Shown: one piece after another, positions 24,770-36,217 of the stretch
How positions within the stretch are numbered: position 1 is the stretch's first letter
Layout: each line of letters opens with the position of its first letter
From: Torpedo marmorata
Lineage: Eukaryota
Assembly: GCA_977017645.1 (NCBI GenBank)
Contig: OZ360221.1
Span: 270,444,001 to 270,508,000, forward strand
Direction of reading: 5' to 3'
Length of the DNA stretch: 64,000 nt
Notes under the pieces: model-generated
Database searches by the model: none
What the model was told of the DNA's origin: nothing
Seen by the model: only the letters and a program-made list of their open reading frames with translations
Made by a program: the position numbers and the translations under genes

Positions 24770-25055
24770 AAGATGTTCAGACACAGAGCCTGCAATATTG
24801 GAATTTTTTTTTAGTATCCAGTAAACAGAGCACAAAATTGAAAACTCTAGAAATCTATTAATTTTACGTATTTCTCATTATTTTTATGCTAATTCGAGTA
24901 AGCTTGAAAACTCAAGCTTTGTATCCTATTAAATTAGATAATTTCATTGTAAATTAGCAACTGTTCTTCCGCTTAAATGTAACAGCAGCAGAGATAGCAG
25001 CACATTAATGCAATCTACTGAAAATCAGACAATTCTGTTGGTCAGTAATAGCAGT

Positions 25056-25375
25056 CAAAATACAGAAATGCTGGAGGAACTCAGCCAGTCTCGCAGCGTC
25101 CAAAGGAGGTAAAGATATATAACCGACGTTTCGGGCCTGAGCCCTTCCTCAAGGTATGAGTGAAGAAACACAGCGTCTGAATTAAAGGCTGGGGAAAGAA
25201 AGGGGGAAGAATGGAAGGGGGAGGAGCGCAGACCAACAGACAAAAGGTGTTAATTGGATATGATAAGAGGAAAGGTGAGAATTGATTTTAGCTCTGTGAA
25301 ATGAGACAGAGGGAAAAAGGAAAGATAGAGAAAGAGAGTATAAGAGGAAAGGAGATGGGGAAGAAGATGGGGGTA
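25056..25375 (-). mobile_element. PLE pLTR / 3' fragment with hammerhead-like motif
   Basis: Homologous to 3545-3800. Confidence 0.8.
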
Positions 25376-25499
25376 ATATTAGCCTGGTCATTTTGAAGAA
25401 ACTGCGTCTGTGATGCCACAATGGCGGCATGCATTCTTTATTCTACTAACATACAACAAAGGTACACTCCCATCTGCAGCTGCTATTAAAAACAGAACA

Positions 25500-25790
25500 T
25501 ATCACTTAAAAAGCAACTTCCTTAACTCTGCTTTCGAATCGATAAAGTACTTTTGGAGGTTAGTCGTTGTAATGCAGGAAACAGGGCCAGCTTGTACACG
25601 GCAGAGTCTTGTAGCAGTAATGTGGCAACCAGGCTATTGGTCACTGTCATTTTGACTGAGGGGGTAGACACTGGGAGAATGAAGACTCTCACTGACCCAC
25701 CTTATTAGGAAATTTTTATCGGTCCATGAGGAAAGGCGGAGGTTCTGTTTAACATAGTATTTGCAAGATGTTGCTGCTCAGCACTGCCTT
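25500..25790 (-). mobile_element. Old Deu-domain SINE
   Basis: AAGTACTTTTG..GTCGTTGTAATGCAGGAAAC..GCCAG resembles the reverse complement of the SacSINE 3' part. Confidence 0.5.
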
Positions 25791-25859
25791 TTGATTATTC
25801 ATTCAGTTCTTCTGAAATGCCAAAGCCCTTCTTTACCTGATATGCCCAAAGCCTTGGCC

Positions 25860-26042
25860 ATTTAGGTTTCTACTGTTGTCTCCTTATTTACATTTCTCTC
25901 TTTTGTATACATATCTTTTCTTGAGTACAGGTTTTTGCACGACCGATAAGTAGAAATTCTGCCTGCCCCGCAGGAAAAAGAATCTCAGGGTTGTATGTGA
26001 TGTCATGCATGTACTCTGGCAATAAATCTGAACTCTAAACTC
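25860..26042 (+). mobile_element. Rex1-type 3' UTR/tail fragment
   Basis: CAGGGTTGTATGTGATGTCATG..TACTCTG.CAATAAATCTGAA is shared with 29210-29260. Confidence 0.7.
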
Positions 26043-26511
26043 ATGTCTCCTTGTTACATTTTATTTGAGGAAATCCTTCCCAGCTCCGCACTCTTTGCCA
26101 ACTAAACAGAATGTTTCAGTTCCTTGGTGACTTCCCATCTGCAAGGATTGAGGGCTGGTGCTTGGGGATGGCTATTTATCTCTGAGTTGTTGTAGGATGC
26201 TTCTGGTTGTTTATTTTTGAGGAACGTCGGGTGCTGTGGGAACGGAGTGAATAGAATATGGTCTCAGAGCCTGGGCGGATGATCTTGTTCAGGTGGTACT
26301 GCTTCACCTCCTTATTTCTCCAATTGGCAGGTGTGTGCTAAGCACCAAGAGTCTGGTGTGAAGTTGCTTTGGATGGCAGCCAACCTGTTCTACTTGTAGA
26401 GGAGCTGATGAAGACAGAAGTTTGAGATGTCAATTTAATCAGATTTCAAGTTACTTATAAACATTGCAGATTAGAATTATCTAACTTATTGTAAGTTAAA
26501 TATTTTAAATT

Positions 26512-26722
26512 TTATTTACAGCACGGTAGAAGCTGATTCCGGCCATTTAAACCCGTGCCACCCAATTACACCCAAATTAACCTACAACCCCGTATGTTTT
26601 GGAGGGTGGGAGGAAATCGAAGCCCCCGGGGAAATCCCACGCAGACACGGGGAGAACATACAAACTCCTCACAGACAGCGCCGGTTCGAACCCTGGTAGC
26701 TGGCACTGTAACAGCATTGCGC
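26512..26722 (-). mobile_element. V-domain tRNA SINE
   Basis: Reverse-complement V-domain core. Confidence 0.85.
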
Positions 26723-27139
26723 GTGCCGCCCAAAGTTGTAAACCTCCATTCACAGGCACAACAGTGGTGCCACAAACAGTAAAATCATCGGCTTTTGCAT
26801 CCTTGTGCATTGTTTAAGCAGATATATTTACAAGGCTGGCTTTTATTTCTCACCTCCTACAAATCCAGCTGAAAGCATGATTCTTATTAATTTTGATAAA
26901 CATTATCCCATCTTGACCTTTCCAAGCAGTAGAGCTGTGCAGGTAAAAGCAAACAGAGAACTAAGTTGAAGCAATTTCTAAGAGATCTAGCTTCTTGTGC
27001 AATGCTAACAAAACCCTTCTTGCACTATTTATCTTGTCCTAAGATATCAGACAATAGAGTCCCCCATCCTGCATTTCTCCTCATGGGCCTCTTCACCTCT
27101 CTGCTGGGTTAGAACAAGTCTTTCCCCTCCAGCCTACCA

Positions 27140-27325
27140 GGAAACAGGGGGAGGGGGGATAGCACTGTGAAAGGAGGTGGAGATTCAGAGGAAAGAAGAC
27201 AGAGGGATAGAGAAGACAGGGAGAACGGGGAGTGGTCCAGCAAAAACGAGGTCAATTTTAATGGTTGGAGAGTGCCCAGATGGAATATTAGGTGTTGCTC
27301 CTCCAATTTACGCATGGCCCTGCTT
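27140..27325 (-). mobile_element. PLE endonuclease C-terminal fragment
   Basis: RKLEEQHLIFHLGTLQP. Confidence 0.75.
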
Positions 27326-27329
27326 TGGA

Positions 27330-27845
27330 TCCTCGGACCCTGGTTCCAAACTCACGCAGTGACTGGGAAGCTGTCAGTGTCTGAGGCCCTTCTGGAGGCC
27401 TGCTTGCCATCGGCTCCCTCACGGATCCTGGACCCGATACCTGGTTCCCCAGTCAGCCACCAGCAGCCCCGTGGCCTGGTGTGAGGCCTTCGGCTGCTGA
27501 GCCCCATGCTGGGGGACTGTTCTCTCCCTCGGGTGCCCTGCGCCGATACACTGCTTCCTCCGATTTCACTCTCAAGGCCACGGCGACCAGAACATGGCGG
27601 CCGCTGGCTTGGGCGCCATGCTCCCTGGGACATAGATGTATAAAAACACCACCAGCCCCGTTCTACACCACCGGCAGATTAAACTGGTACATAGCTGTCG
27701 GGTGAGATGGAGGGTAGAAGAACGGAGGAGCTCTGTGAGCCTGCATCAATCCCAGGCTGGACCTGCGGCAATGCTGTCGTTACACCCGCTGCAGCACCAT
27801 CACCATCTTGATTCGGCAGCTTGCTGTCAAGTCTGCTCCTGCGAC
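27330..27845 (-). mobile_element. Divergent relative of the GC-rich non-autonomous element
   Basis: CCGATACCTGGTTCCC..AGCCACCAGCAGCCC is shared; CAAGATGGTG near the 5' end. Confidence 0.45.
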
Positions 27846-28191
27846 ATTTTAGTACATTGCACATGACACATAAATGCAAGTTGTTGTTGCAGTAGCAAAT
27901 AGGAAAATGGTTTGTTACATGAGTAACATTGATTAGTACCAGTATAAGAATTTCCGATGTGACCAACTGCTTCTGTGTTGTTGATGCATTGTTTTACAGT
28001 GTAGAATCTGTCAGAAAATTTGCCTCTAAAGAGAAAGAAATAGTGCTTTGTTCTTGGGAAATAAGATATCTTTGTTAGTGAGTTTGTAGTGAGAGAATAA
28101 GGGAAGGTGTGAGAAATGGTTATAAGTACAGAAAATGCTGGGGATATTTGGCAGATCACACGGTTTGTGTGGAAAGAGAAAGAGAGCTAAT

Positions 28192-28530
28192 ACTGTCACT
28201 GTATAACAGTATTGATGGGGACAGCTCTATCTCTGCATAACACAGGACTACAGAACGGTGAGGACAAGACTGTTATTGTATAACATTGAGGTACAACACT
28301 AATGGGCTCAGGTCTGTTACTGTCACCTGGGTAAAGTTCTGGTGGGTGCAGAGTCTGTCATTGTTTTACCCTGGAATACAGCACAGGTAAGGACAGGTCT
28401 GTATTGAATAACACTGGGGTACAAAATTGATGGGAACGTGTCTTATGGTAAAACATTGGGGTACAATACTGGTGAGGACAGATCTATCTCTGTATAACAC
28501 TGGGGTACAGAATTGATTGCGACATGTCTG
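28192..28530. repeat. Degenerate ~43-bp minisatellite
   Basis: GTATAACACTGGGGTACA..ACTGGTGAGGACAGGTCTGTCACT-like unit recurs about 8 times and resumes at 29262-29307. Confidence 0.7.
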
Positions 28531-29260
28531 AAGGGAAAACCAGAGTTGATCATTGGGGAGTCAGAGGTGGAGAGGGTGAGCAAATTTAAGTTCTTGGGAG
28601 TCACTATCTCAGAAGATTTTCCCTGGACCCAATAAACTAATGGTATCGTGAAGAGATCATCAGTGCCTCTACTTCCTCAGGAGTTTGCGGAGGTTTGGTA
28701 TGACACCAGAAACCCTGGCAAATTTCTACAGATGTGTGCTGGAAAGTGTGCTGACCGGCTGCATCACGGTCTGGTATGGGGACACCAATACTGCTGAGCG
28801 TAAAGCCCTGCAAAAGGTATTGGACACAGCCTAGTACATCACAGGCAAAACCGTCCCCACCATCGAGAACATCGACAGGGAACGCTGCCGTCGGAGAACA
28901 GCAGCAATCATCAAGGATCCACACCACCCAGCACACGCTCTGTTCTCACTACTACCATCAAGAAAGAGGTATAGGTGCCACAAGACTCGCACCACCAGGT
29001 TCAGGAACAGCTGCTACCCCTCCACCATCAGACTCCTCAACAACAAACTCAACCAGGAACTCATTTAAGGACTCTTACTTTTGCACTTTATTGATTTTCT
29101 TTTCTCTCTGTGTTGCAGTCAGTTTGTTTACATTTCTTTATTTGTTTACATGTGTACGTTGAGTACAGTTTTTTTTGCATTGCCATTAAGTGTTAATTCT
29201 GTCTCGCCTGCAGGGTTGTATGTGATGTCATGTATGTACTCTGACAATAAATCTGAAATC
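28531..29260 (+). mobile_element. Rex1/Babar third subfamily, inserted in the minisatellite
   Basis: AAATTTAAGTTCTTGGGAGTCACTATCTC (KFKFLGVTIS); homologous to 40670-41512. Confidence 0.85.
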
Positions 29261-29306
29261 TATAAACTGGTGAGGATAGATTTATCTCTGTACTGTATAA
29301 CATTGG

Positions 29307-29599
29307 GATGATTCCGGGAATGAAAGGGTTATCATATGAGCAGTGCTTGACAACTCTTGGCCTGTACTTGTTGGAGTTTAGGAGAATGAGAGAGGATCTC
29401 ATTGAAACATTTTGAATATTGAAAGGTGTGGACAGAGTAGACGTAGAAAGGTGGTTTCCCAAGGTGGGAGGGTCGAGGACAAGAGGGCACAACTTCAGGA
29501 TTGAAGGGCGTCCGCTTAGAACAGAAATGTGTTGAAATTTCTTCAGCCAGAAGGTGATAAATCTGTGGAATTTGTTGCCTCATGTGGTTGTGGAGGCCA
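29307..29599 (+). mobile_element. CR1 ORF2 C-terminal fragment
   Basis: Homologous to 11467-11630 and the CR1 coding sequence upstream of it. Confidence 0.8.
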
Positions 29600-30630
29600 A
29601 ATATACAACATCCACTGCATCTACTTTGTCTAGCCTGCTTGTGGTTTCCTCAAAAAAATTGCAGTCACTTTGTCAAGCAAGATTTACCATAAGGAAACAT
29701 TGCTGGCTTTGGCCTATCTTGTCATGTGTCTCCAAGTACTCCGTAACCTCATCCTTTACAATCGACTCCAATATCTTCCCAACCACTGACGTCAGGCTAA
29801 CTGACAATAATTTCCTTTCTGCTCCCTCCCTCCCTTCTTGAATAGTGGGGGTGACATTTGCGATTTTCCAGTCCTCTGGGGCCATACCAGAATATATTGA
29901 TTCCTGAAAAATCATCAGGAATGCCTCCACAAACCCTACTGTTCCTTCTTTCAGAACCTGAGGGTGCAATCCATCTAGTCCAAGAGAATTATCCACCCTT
30001 AGACCTTTCAGCTTTCTGAGCACTTTCTCCCTTGAAATAGTAACTGCACCCACTGCCCTTCCCTGATACCCTTCGACATCTGGCACATTGCTAGTGCCTT
30101 TCACTGATGCAAAATACTCATTTAGTTCCTCTGCCATCTCCTTGTTTCCCATTATTATTTCTCCAGCGTCATTTTCTAGTGATCCTATATCTATTCTCAC
30201 CTCTCTTTTACTGTTTCTATACTTGAAGAATCTTTTTGTATCCTCTTTGATATTATTTGCTAGCCTATTTTCACACCATCTTTTCCCTCCTTATGTTTTT
30301 AGTTACCTTCTGCAAGTTTTAAAAACTTCCCAAACCTCTATCATCCCACTATTTTTAGCTTCCTTGTATGCCCTCTCTTTTGCTTTTACGTTGGCTTTGA
30401 CTTCCCTTGTCAGCCACAGTTGTGACATTTTACCATTTGAATATTTCCCCTTTTTTGGTCTGTATTTGTCCTGCACCTTCCTCATTTCTTGCAGAAACTC
30501 CATCCATTGCTGCTCTGCCTCTTCCCTACTCGTGCCCCCTTCCAATCTACTTTGTCCCGTTCCTCTCTCATGCCACTGTAATTCCCTTTACTCCACTGAA
30601 ATACCGACACATCTGTGTTTAGTTTCTCCT
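29600..30630 (-). mobile_element. CR1 ORF2 internal fragment (EN-RT linker and RT start)
   Basis: EMAEELNEYFASV..GLDGLHPQVLKE..PEDWKIANVTP..VSLTSVVGKILESI. Confidence 0.9.
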
Positions 30631-30649
30631 TGTTAAATTTCAAATTGAA

Positions 30650-31258
30650 GTAAAACACGAATGTCTGCAGACACCGTGATTGAGTAAAATCACAAAGCTG
30701 GAGAAACTCAGCAGCAGTGTACGTTATATAGCAAAGATAAAGATACATAACCAACGTTTCGGGCTTGAGCCCTTCATTAAGGTATGAGCAAAATGTCGGC
30801 AGGTGCCTGAACAAAATGGTGGGGCAGGGGGAGGAGCACAGTCCCACAGGCAAGAGGTCATAGGTGGATAAGGGAGGGAAGACATACCAGCATAAAGCTT
30901 GAGAACAGCAGGGATTACAGATGGGGACAGTGAGGGAGATTCCCATAGAACTCCCTTTGGAGAGCAAAGGAGAACTTCTTCAGAGTAGGCATCCCTCGAG
31001 GAGATTTCGCATTATTTGCAGTGGACAAGAGTCTCTCCTGCCCTTCTATCCATGTCCACCTATGGCCTCTTAGCAGTTGGCCTGTGCTCCCCCCCGCCCC
31101 TTCTTTCCTCCTCCCTCAGCCTTTTTATTCAGACGCCTGCCTATTTTTTAACTCACACCTCGATGAAGGGCTAAGTCCCGAAACGTTGGTTCTATACCTT
31201 TGCCTCCTATGGATGGTGTGAGACCTGCTGAGTTCCTCCAGCAATTCTGTGTGTTTAC
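30650..31258. mobile_element. PLE-derived inverted unit: minus pLTR (30650-30885), spacer, plus pLTR (31035-31258)
   Basis: Both arms carry the GAAGGGCT.A..CCCGAAACGTTGGTT motif, in opposite orientations. Confidence 0.75.
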
Positions 31259-32169
31259 ATACGGTGTGCGATTTTTTGATTTCACTAGGAGCACGTCTGA
31301 GGCTGGAGAAACGGCAGGCGTGACCGGATGAATCCAACACAATGTGCAACCTCTCCTGGAGATGTTCACTTGTGTTCTCTGCACTGGGTTAAATCGCTTG
31401 CATTCAATCTGCTCATAAAAATTGGGCGAATGGATCCCATTTCCTGCATTTGTTCTTTTTTTCTCTCATTTTTAGGAAAACTTCTAATGGATGAAAATAT
31501 GTGATTAAACTCTCAAATCCCACACACAACTGAAGGAAAACAGCCATCATTCTCTTTGAGAGGCGCTCTCTTTCTGGAACAGTAAAGTCTGCTGTAATTT
31601 CTCAAGCTAGGTCACTATTCCGCTGTATATTTCCCCCCGGGAATCTGTACTGACAGTTCGACTGCCTTTGAAACAAACTTATTGCATGTACCTCACTCTC
31701 TCTAAATTTTGTGGTGGTGTTTTGAAAGAATTCCACATGTTTGAAATGTTTGAGGTTTGACATTCTCCCCTGTTGCCTAAGTCTTGACTTTGAGAGATGC
31801 AATTCTGCTTGACTTTCATCCAGCTCTAGATGTTTGTAATTATGTGTGGCACGTCACATCTCTCCTCTGCTTTGGTAAAGCGCTGTCACTCTTTCAAGCT
31901 TTTCCTAAACCACCAGAGTTACCCACGGTTACAGAAGTAGTTTGTCCCCAATTTCTGAATGGATTCCTATTGAAATGGGTCAAGCATGTGAAGAATCACT
32001 CAGCCTGTTGCGGTATTTGTTCATTCTGAAAGACTCATATTAATGCTAATTCATCATTGATTAAAATCAAGCTTTATTTAACCTTGAAAAATGTGACAGA
32101 ACAACAAATTGCACCTTGTTACTGTCATTTGTGATGTTTTGTGACATCTTATAACTGAAAGAACTGTAA

Positions 32170-32438
32170 TAAGACAATAAGACCATAAGACATAAGAGCA
32201 TTAATAGGCTATTCAGCCCATCGAGTCTGCCCCACCATTCAATCATGAGCTGATCCATGTTCCCACTCAGCCCCACTGCCCAACCTTCTCCCCATAACCT
32301 TTGATGCCCTGGCTAATCAAGAACCTATCAATCTCTGCCATAATGCACCCAATGACCTGGCCACCACAACCACCTGTGACAACGAATTCCACAGATTTAC
32401 TCCATCTGGCTGAAGAAATTCCTCCGCATCTCTGTTCT
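32170..32438 (-). mobile_element. CR1 3' end, host of a nested L1
   Basis: Reverse-complement CR1 terminus; resumes briefly at 33832-33850. Confidence 0.8.
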
Positions 32439-33831
32439 TTCTTTTTAAAATATTTTTATTGATTTTAACATATATCATATATACATGATCCGTAATAGAC
32501 AGATAATAAATCTTTTTGTATACGTATAGTATAACTTATTGGAACTACGTAGAAATATTTTCCATATAGATCAAAGTTAAATTCTATTTGATTTAAAAAA
32601 TAAACAGTAATAGACATTGCAAAACCCATTTCCCAATTACTGGAAAAAAAGGGAACAAAAAAAAAAGAAAAAATCCAACAAAAAAACCCCAAAACTAACC
32701 TAATTCTATTCTAACCCCTTTCTCTAATCAAGATTGCCATTTAGGAAAAAAAAAGTACAAATATGGATCAAACAGTGACCTCCAGACACTGGACAAAGAA
32801 TCCTTGGAGCATCCAAACCTCTTAAATCTTCCAATCGTGATAATATTCCATGAATGGGCCCCAGATCAGAATCAGAATCAGAATTTATTGTCATGAACAA
32901 GTCATGAAATTCAGTGTTTTGCGGCAGCATCATAGTGCAATTAACATTCATATTAACCATCTAAAGACATTACTATAAAAAATTATAAACAATAGTGCAC
33001 GAAAAGTAAGGCAGTGTCTTTGGTTCATTGATTATTCAGGAATCTGATGGCAGCGGGGAAGAAGCTGTCCTTGTGCCGTTGAGTGCTCGTCTTTAGGCTC
33101 CTGTACCTTTTTCCCGATGGAAGCAGAGTGAAGAGGGGATGGCCTGGGTGGTGGGGGTCTTTGAGGATAGAGGCTGCTTTTTTAAGACACCACCTCATGT
33201 AGATGTCCTCGATGGAGTGAAGTCTGGTGCCTGTGATGTCACAGGCCGAGTTAACAACCTTCTGGAGTTTACTCTTGTCCTGGGAGTTGGCGCCACCATA
33301 CCAGGCAGTGATGCAACCAGCCAGAATGCTCTCCACGGTACACCTGTAGAAGTTTACGAGAGTCTTTGGTGACATACCAAATCTCTGCAAACACCTCACA
33401 AAGTATAGCCGCTGACGAGCCTTCTTTGTGATTGCATCCACGTGGATGCTCCAGGACAGATCTTATCAAATTGAAAGTTATTGTCTTTAATGTTGTGTCT
33501 AATTTTCTGTAAACTTAAACAAGACATTACATCGTGTAACCACTGTGTATGTGTAGGGGAAGAATCTTCTTTCCATTTCAACAGAATTGCCCGTCTGGCT
33601 ATCAGCATCGTAAAAGCTAAAATTTTCTCCTGGGTTGCAGATGGGAGTATATCCGGTGCTCGAGAAAATCCAAACAAAGCAATTAATGGGCATGGTTGTA
33701 TTTTAATCTTAAAATTCGTTGATAAAATTTGAAATATATTTCCCCAGAATCTTCCTAAATTTGGACATTCCCAAAACATATGAATCAATGAAGCTTCAAA
33801 AATTTTTACACTTCTCACATAGTGGGTTAAT
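32439..33831 (-). mobile_element. 5'-truncated L1 (distinct family) with a Rex1 nested at about 32868-33456
   Basis: ASLIHMFWECP..ARRAILLKWK..CLSLQKI; T-rich 3' end; TSD ATCTCWGTTCT at 32428-32438 and 33832-33842. Confidence 0.85.
32868..33456 (-). mobile_element. Young Rex1/Babar copy nested in L1
   Basis: ORF 33025..33441 is nearly identical to the 3' half of ORF 50333..51112. CAGATC flanks it at 32862-32867 and 33457-33462. Confidence 0.92.
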
Positions 33832-34004
33832 ATCTCAGTTCTAAGTGGACAGTGAGGCTTTCGGTCATGCAGGAGTAGAACAACGACAATATGCAAACAA
33901 CACTGTGCCTGTTTGTTTCCAAATTAAAAGAGGGAACCTCTTCAATCTTTGTAATCAGTGAACAAGGATAACAACACCCTGTAATCTGCATAATTCTATC
34001 ATAA

Positions 34005-34205
34005 TAAAAACACAATGCTGGAGAAACTCAGCAGATCACACAGCGTACTTTATATAGTAGAGATAAAGATACATAACCGCATTTCGGACTTGAATCCTTC
34101 ATCACGACTGTAAGGCTCCTTCCCCCGCCTGAATAAAATGGCAGGGGAAGGAGCAGGGGGAGGAGCACAGGTCCACAGGCACGAGGTCATAGGTGGGTAT
34201 GGGGG
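34005..34205 (-). mobile_element. PLE pLTR, degenerate
   Basis: Homologous to 63368-63570. Confidence 0.75.
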
Positions 34206-34289
34206 GATGTTGGGGGGATCGGGGGGGGGGGTTGGAAGTGGGGGACTGGGGAAGCCATAAGGGGGTGGCAGAGGCCGGAGAGGGATTTG

Positions 34290-34660
34290 GCAAGTAGTGG
34301 AGGTCAGAGGGGGGAGGTGGCAGGCAGGGTAGGTCAGAGGGGGAGGTGGAGGGCAGGGGAGTTCAAAGGGAGGGGAGTTGGAGGGCAGGTGAGGTCAGAG
34401 GGGGAGGTGGAGGTCAGGGGGGTGTTGGAGGGGAGGGGAGTTGGTGGGCAGGGGAGGTCAGAGGGGGAGGTGGAGGGCAGGGGAGGTCGGAGGGGAGGGG
34501 TGGAGGGCAGGGGAGGTCAGAGGGGGAGGTGGCAAGTAGGGGAGGTCAGAGGGGAGGGGTGGAGGGTAGGAGAGGCCAGGGGGGGAGAGGTGTAGGGTAG
34601 GGGAGGTCAGAGGGGAGGGGTGGAGGGTTGGGGAGGTCAGAGTGGGTTAGAGGGGGGGGA
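34290..34660 (+). repeat. G-rich ~27-28-bp minisatellite
   Basis: About 12 units of a GGGGAGGTCAGAGGGGAGGGGTGGAGGGCA-like sequence. Confidence 0.85.
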
Positions 34661-34963
34661 GATGAGAGGGTCCGAAGGCCAGAGGAGTTGGAAGAATGGG
34701 GGAGCTCAAAGGAGCAGGTGGGTTGTGAGCAGTGAGGTGTGAGGGGATAGGGAAGGATAAGGAGTGGTGGTGGAGGGGAATGAGCCTGTGGGATCCAGCA
34801 GCGGAGGTATCCAATGCCAGCCTTGTGGTGGCTGAGGTTGGTGTGGGAACGGGTGAGGGAATAATGCTCAGTCTGGTTCTGAGCCTCAACAATCCAATTC
34901 AAGCAATTCAGATCCTGATATAAGAGTCTATTGATATTACACTTCTAATTTCATCTTTCCAAT

Positions 34964-35148
34964 TTAATTGTTCTGAATTTTATTGGATAAATCAAAAGTA
35001 AAAGTATCCAGGTTCTTTTTGCTTTCTCCAATTATCGGAAAACTGAACGATGTTTTTGACAAGCTTCTGCATGAATATTTCAGCTTACTACAAGGATTAT
35101 TTCTAGTACTTGCTTCTCTTTCTGCTTCATGCACCATGGATATCGCGC
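34964..35148 (-). CDS. Possible terminal coding exon of an unidentified gene
   Basis: ccttactataaacag acceptor, then about 60 open codons (AISMVHEAEREASTRNNPCSKLKYSCRSLSKTSFSFPIIGESKKNLDTFTFDLSNKIQNN*) in non-repetitive DNA. Confidence 0.25.
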
Positions 35149-35489
35149 CTGTTTATAGTAAGGATACAACCTCATTACAGCCTTGAGAAAGCACTGAAAG
35201 TTGAAAGGTGAAATTTGTGGTTGAAATTACCTGCCCCGACATTTCATTAATTTCAACTTCACACTATAACTAAAATCAGCTGAGCTACTTCTGTGTGCAT
35301 GAGCAGTGTAGAACCGCAAATTACAGTCTTCCGTGATCGTTAAATCTGCATTAATACAGTATTACTCCGAGACTACTGTACAGAGAAAATAGTGATATGG
35401 ACAAGATATAGTACGTGCCTGTTCCTCAAAACATTTAGGGAGCTATCAATCACCACTTCAAGTTACTAGAGGTTATCTTATTAAAACAC

Positions 35490-36117
35490 AGAACACTACA
35501 GCACAGTACAGACCCTTCGGCCCACAATGTTGTGCCTAACCCTCTGAGACTCTACCATTTATCAAACAATATTTATTTATTTTTATATATGTATATTTGA
35601 ACTGCATTGGTATCACTTGTGTGTTATGTCTGGTTGTGTGTTTGCATGTTTTACACCGAGGACCGGAGAACGCTGTTTCGTCAGGTTGTACTTGTACAAT
35701 CAGGTGACAATAAACGAACTTGAACCCATAACCCTCTATTTTTCTTGCATCCATGTGCCTGTCTAAGAGTCTTTTAAATGTCCCTATTGTTACCATCCCC
35801 CTCCTCCACCGCCCCTGGCAACGCATTCCAAGTGCCCACTACTCTGTGTAAAAAAACGTTCCTCCCCTCACCTTCCACAGATGTCCTCTGGTGTTTGCTA
35901 CTCTCACCCCGGGAAAAAAGGTGCTTGTTGTCCACCCTCTCATAATATGTAGACCTCTATTAAGTCGCCTCTCATCCTTCTTCACTCCAAAGATAAAAAA
36001 CTCCAGCTCTGCTCACCTTGCCTCATAAGACACGTTCTCCAATCCAGGCAACATCCTGGTAAATCTCCTCTGCACCCTCTCCATAGCTTCCACATCCTTC
36101 CTGTAATGAGGCGACCA
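35490..36117 (-). mobile_element. CR1 3' fragment with a plus-strand LINE tail inserted at about 35543-35725
   Basis: Reverse complement of the 22480-22980 family; the insert ends ACAATAAACGAACTTGAAC. Confidence 0.8.
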
Positions 36118-36217
36118 TTAATGAACATTGCCCTGCAATGTTATATTGTTTTTCTCTACACAGATACTGCATTACCTGTTGAGTGCATCTCGCAATTTTT
36201 TTTAAAATTTCTGATTA

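Noticed and set aside
28192-28530. CRISPR-like array
   Set aside because: Contiguous degenerate units without unique spacers, no cas genes and a vertebrate context.
34287-34902. Gly/Arg-rich and Pro-rich ORFs
   Set aside because: Translations of the G-rich minisatellite.
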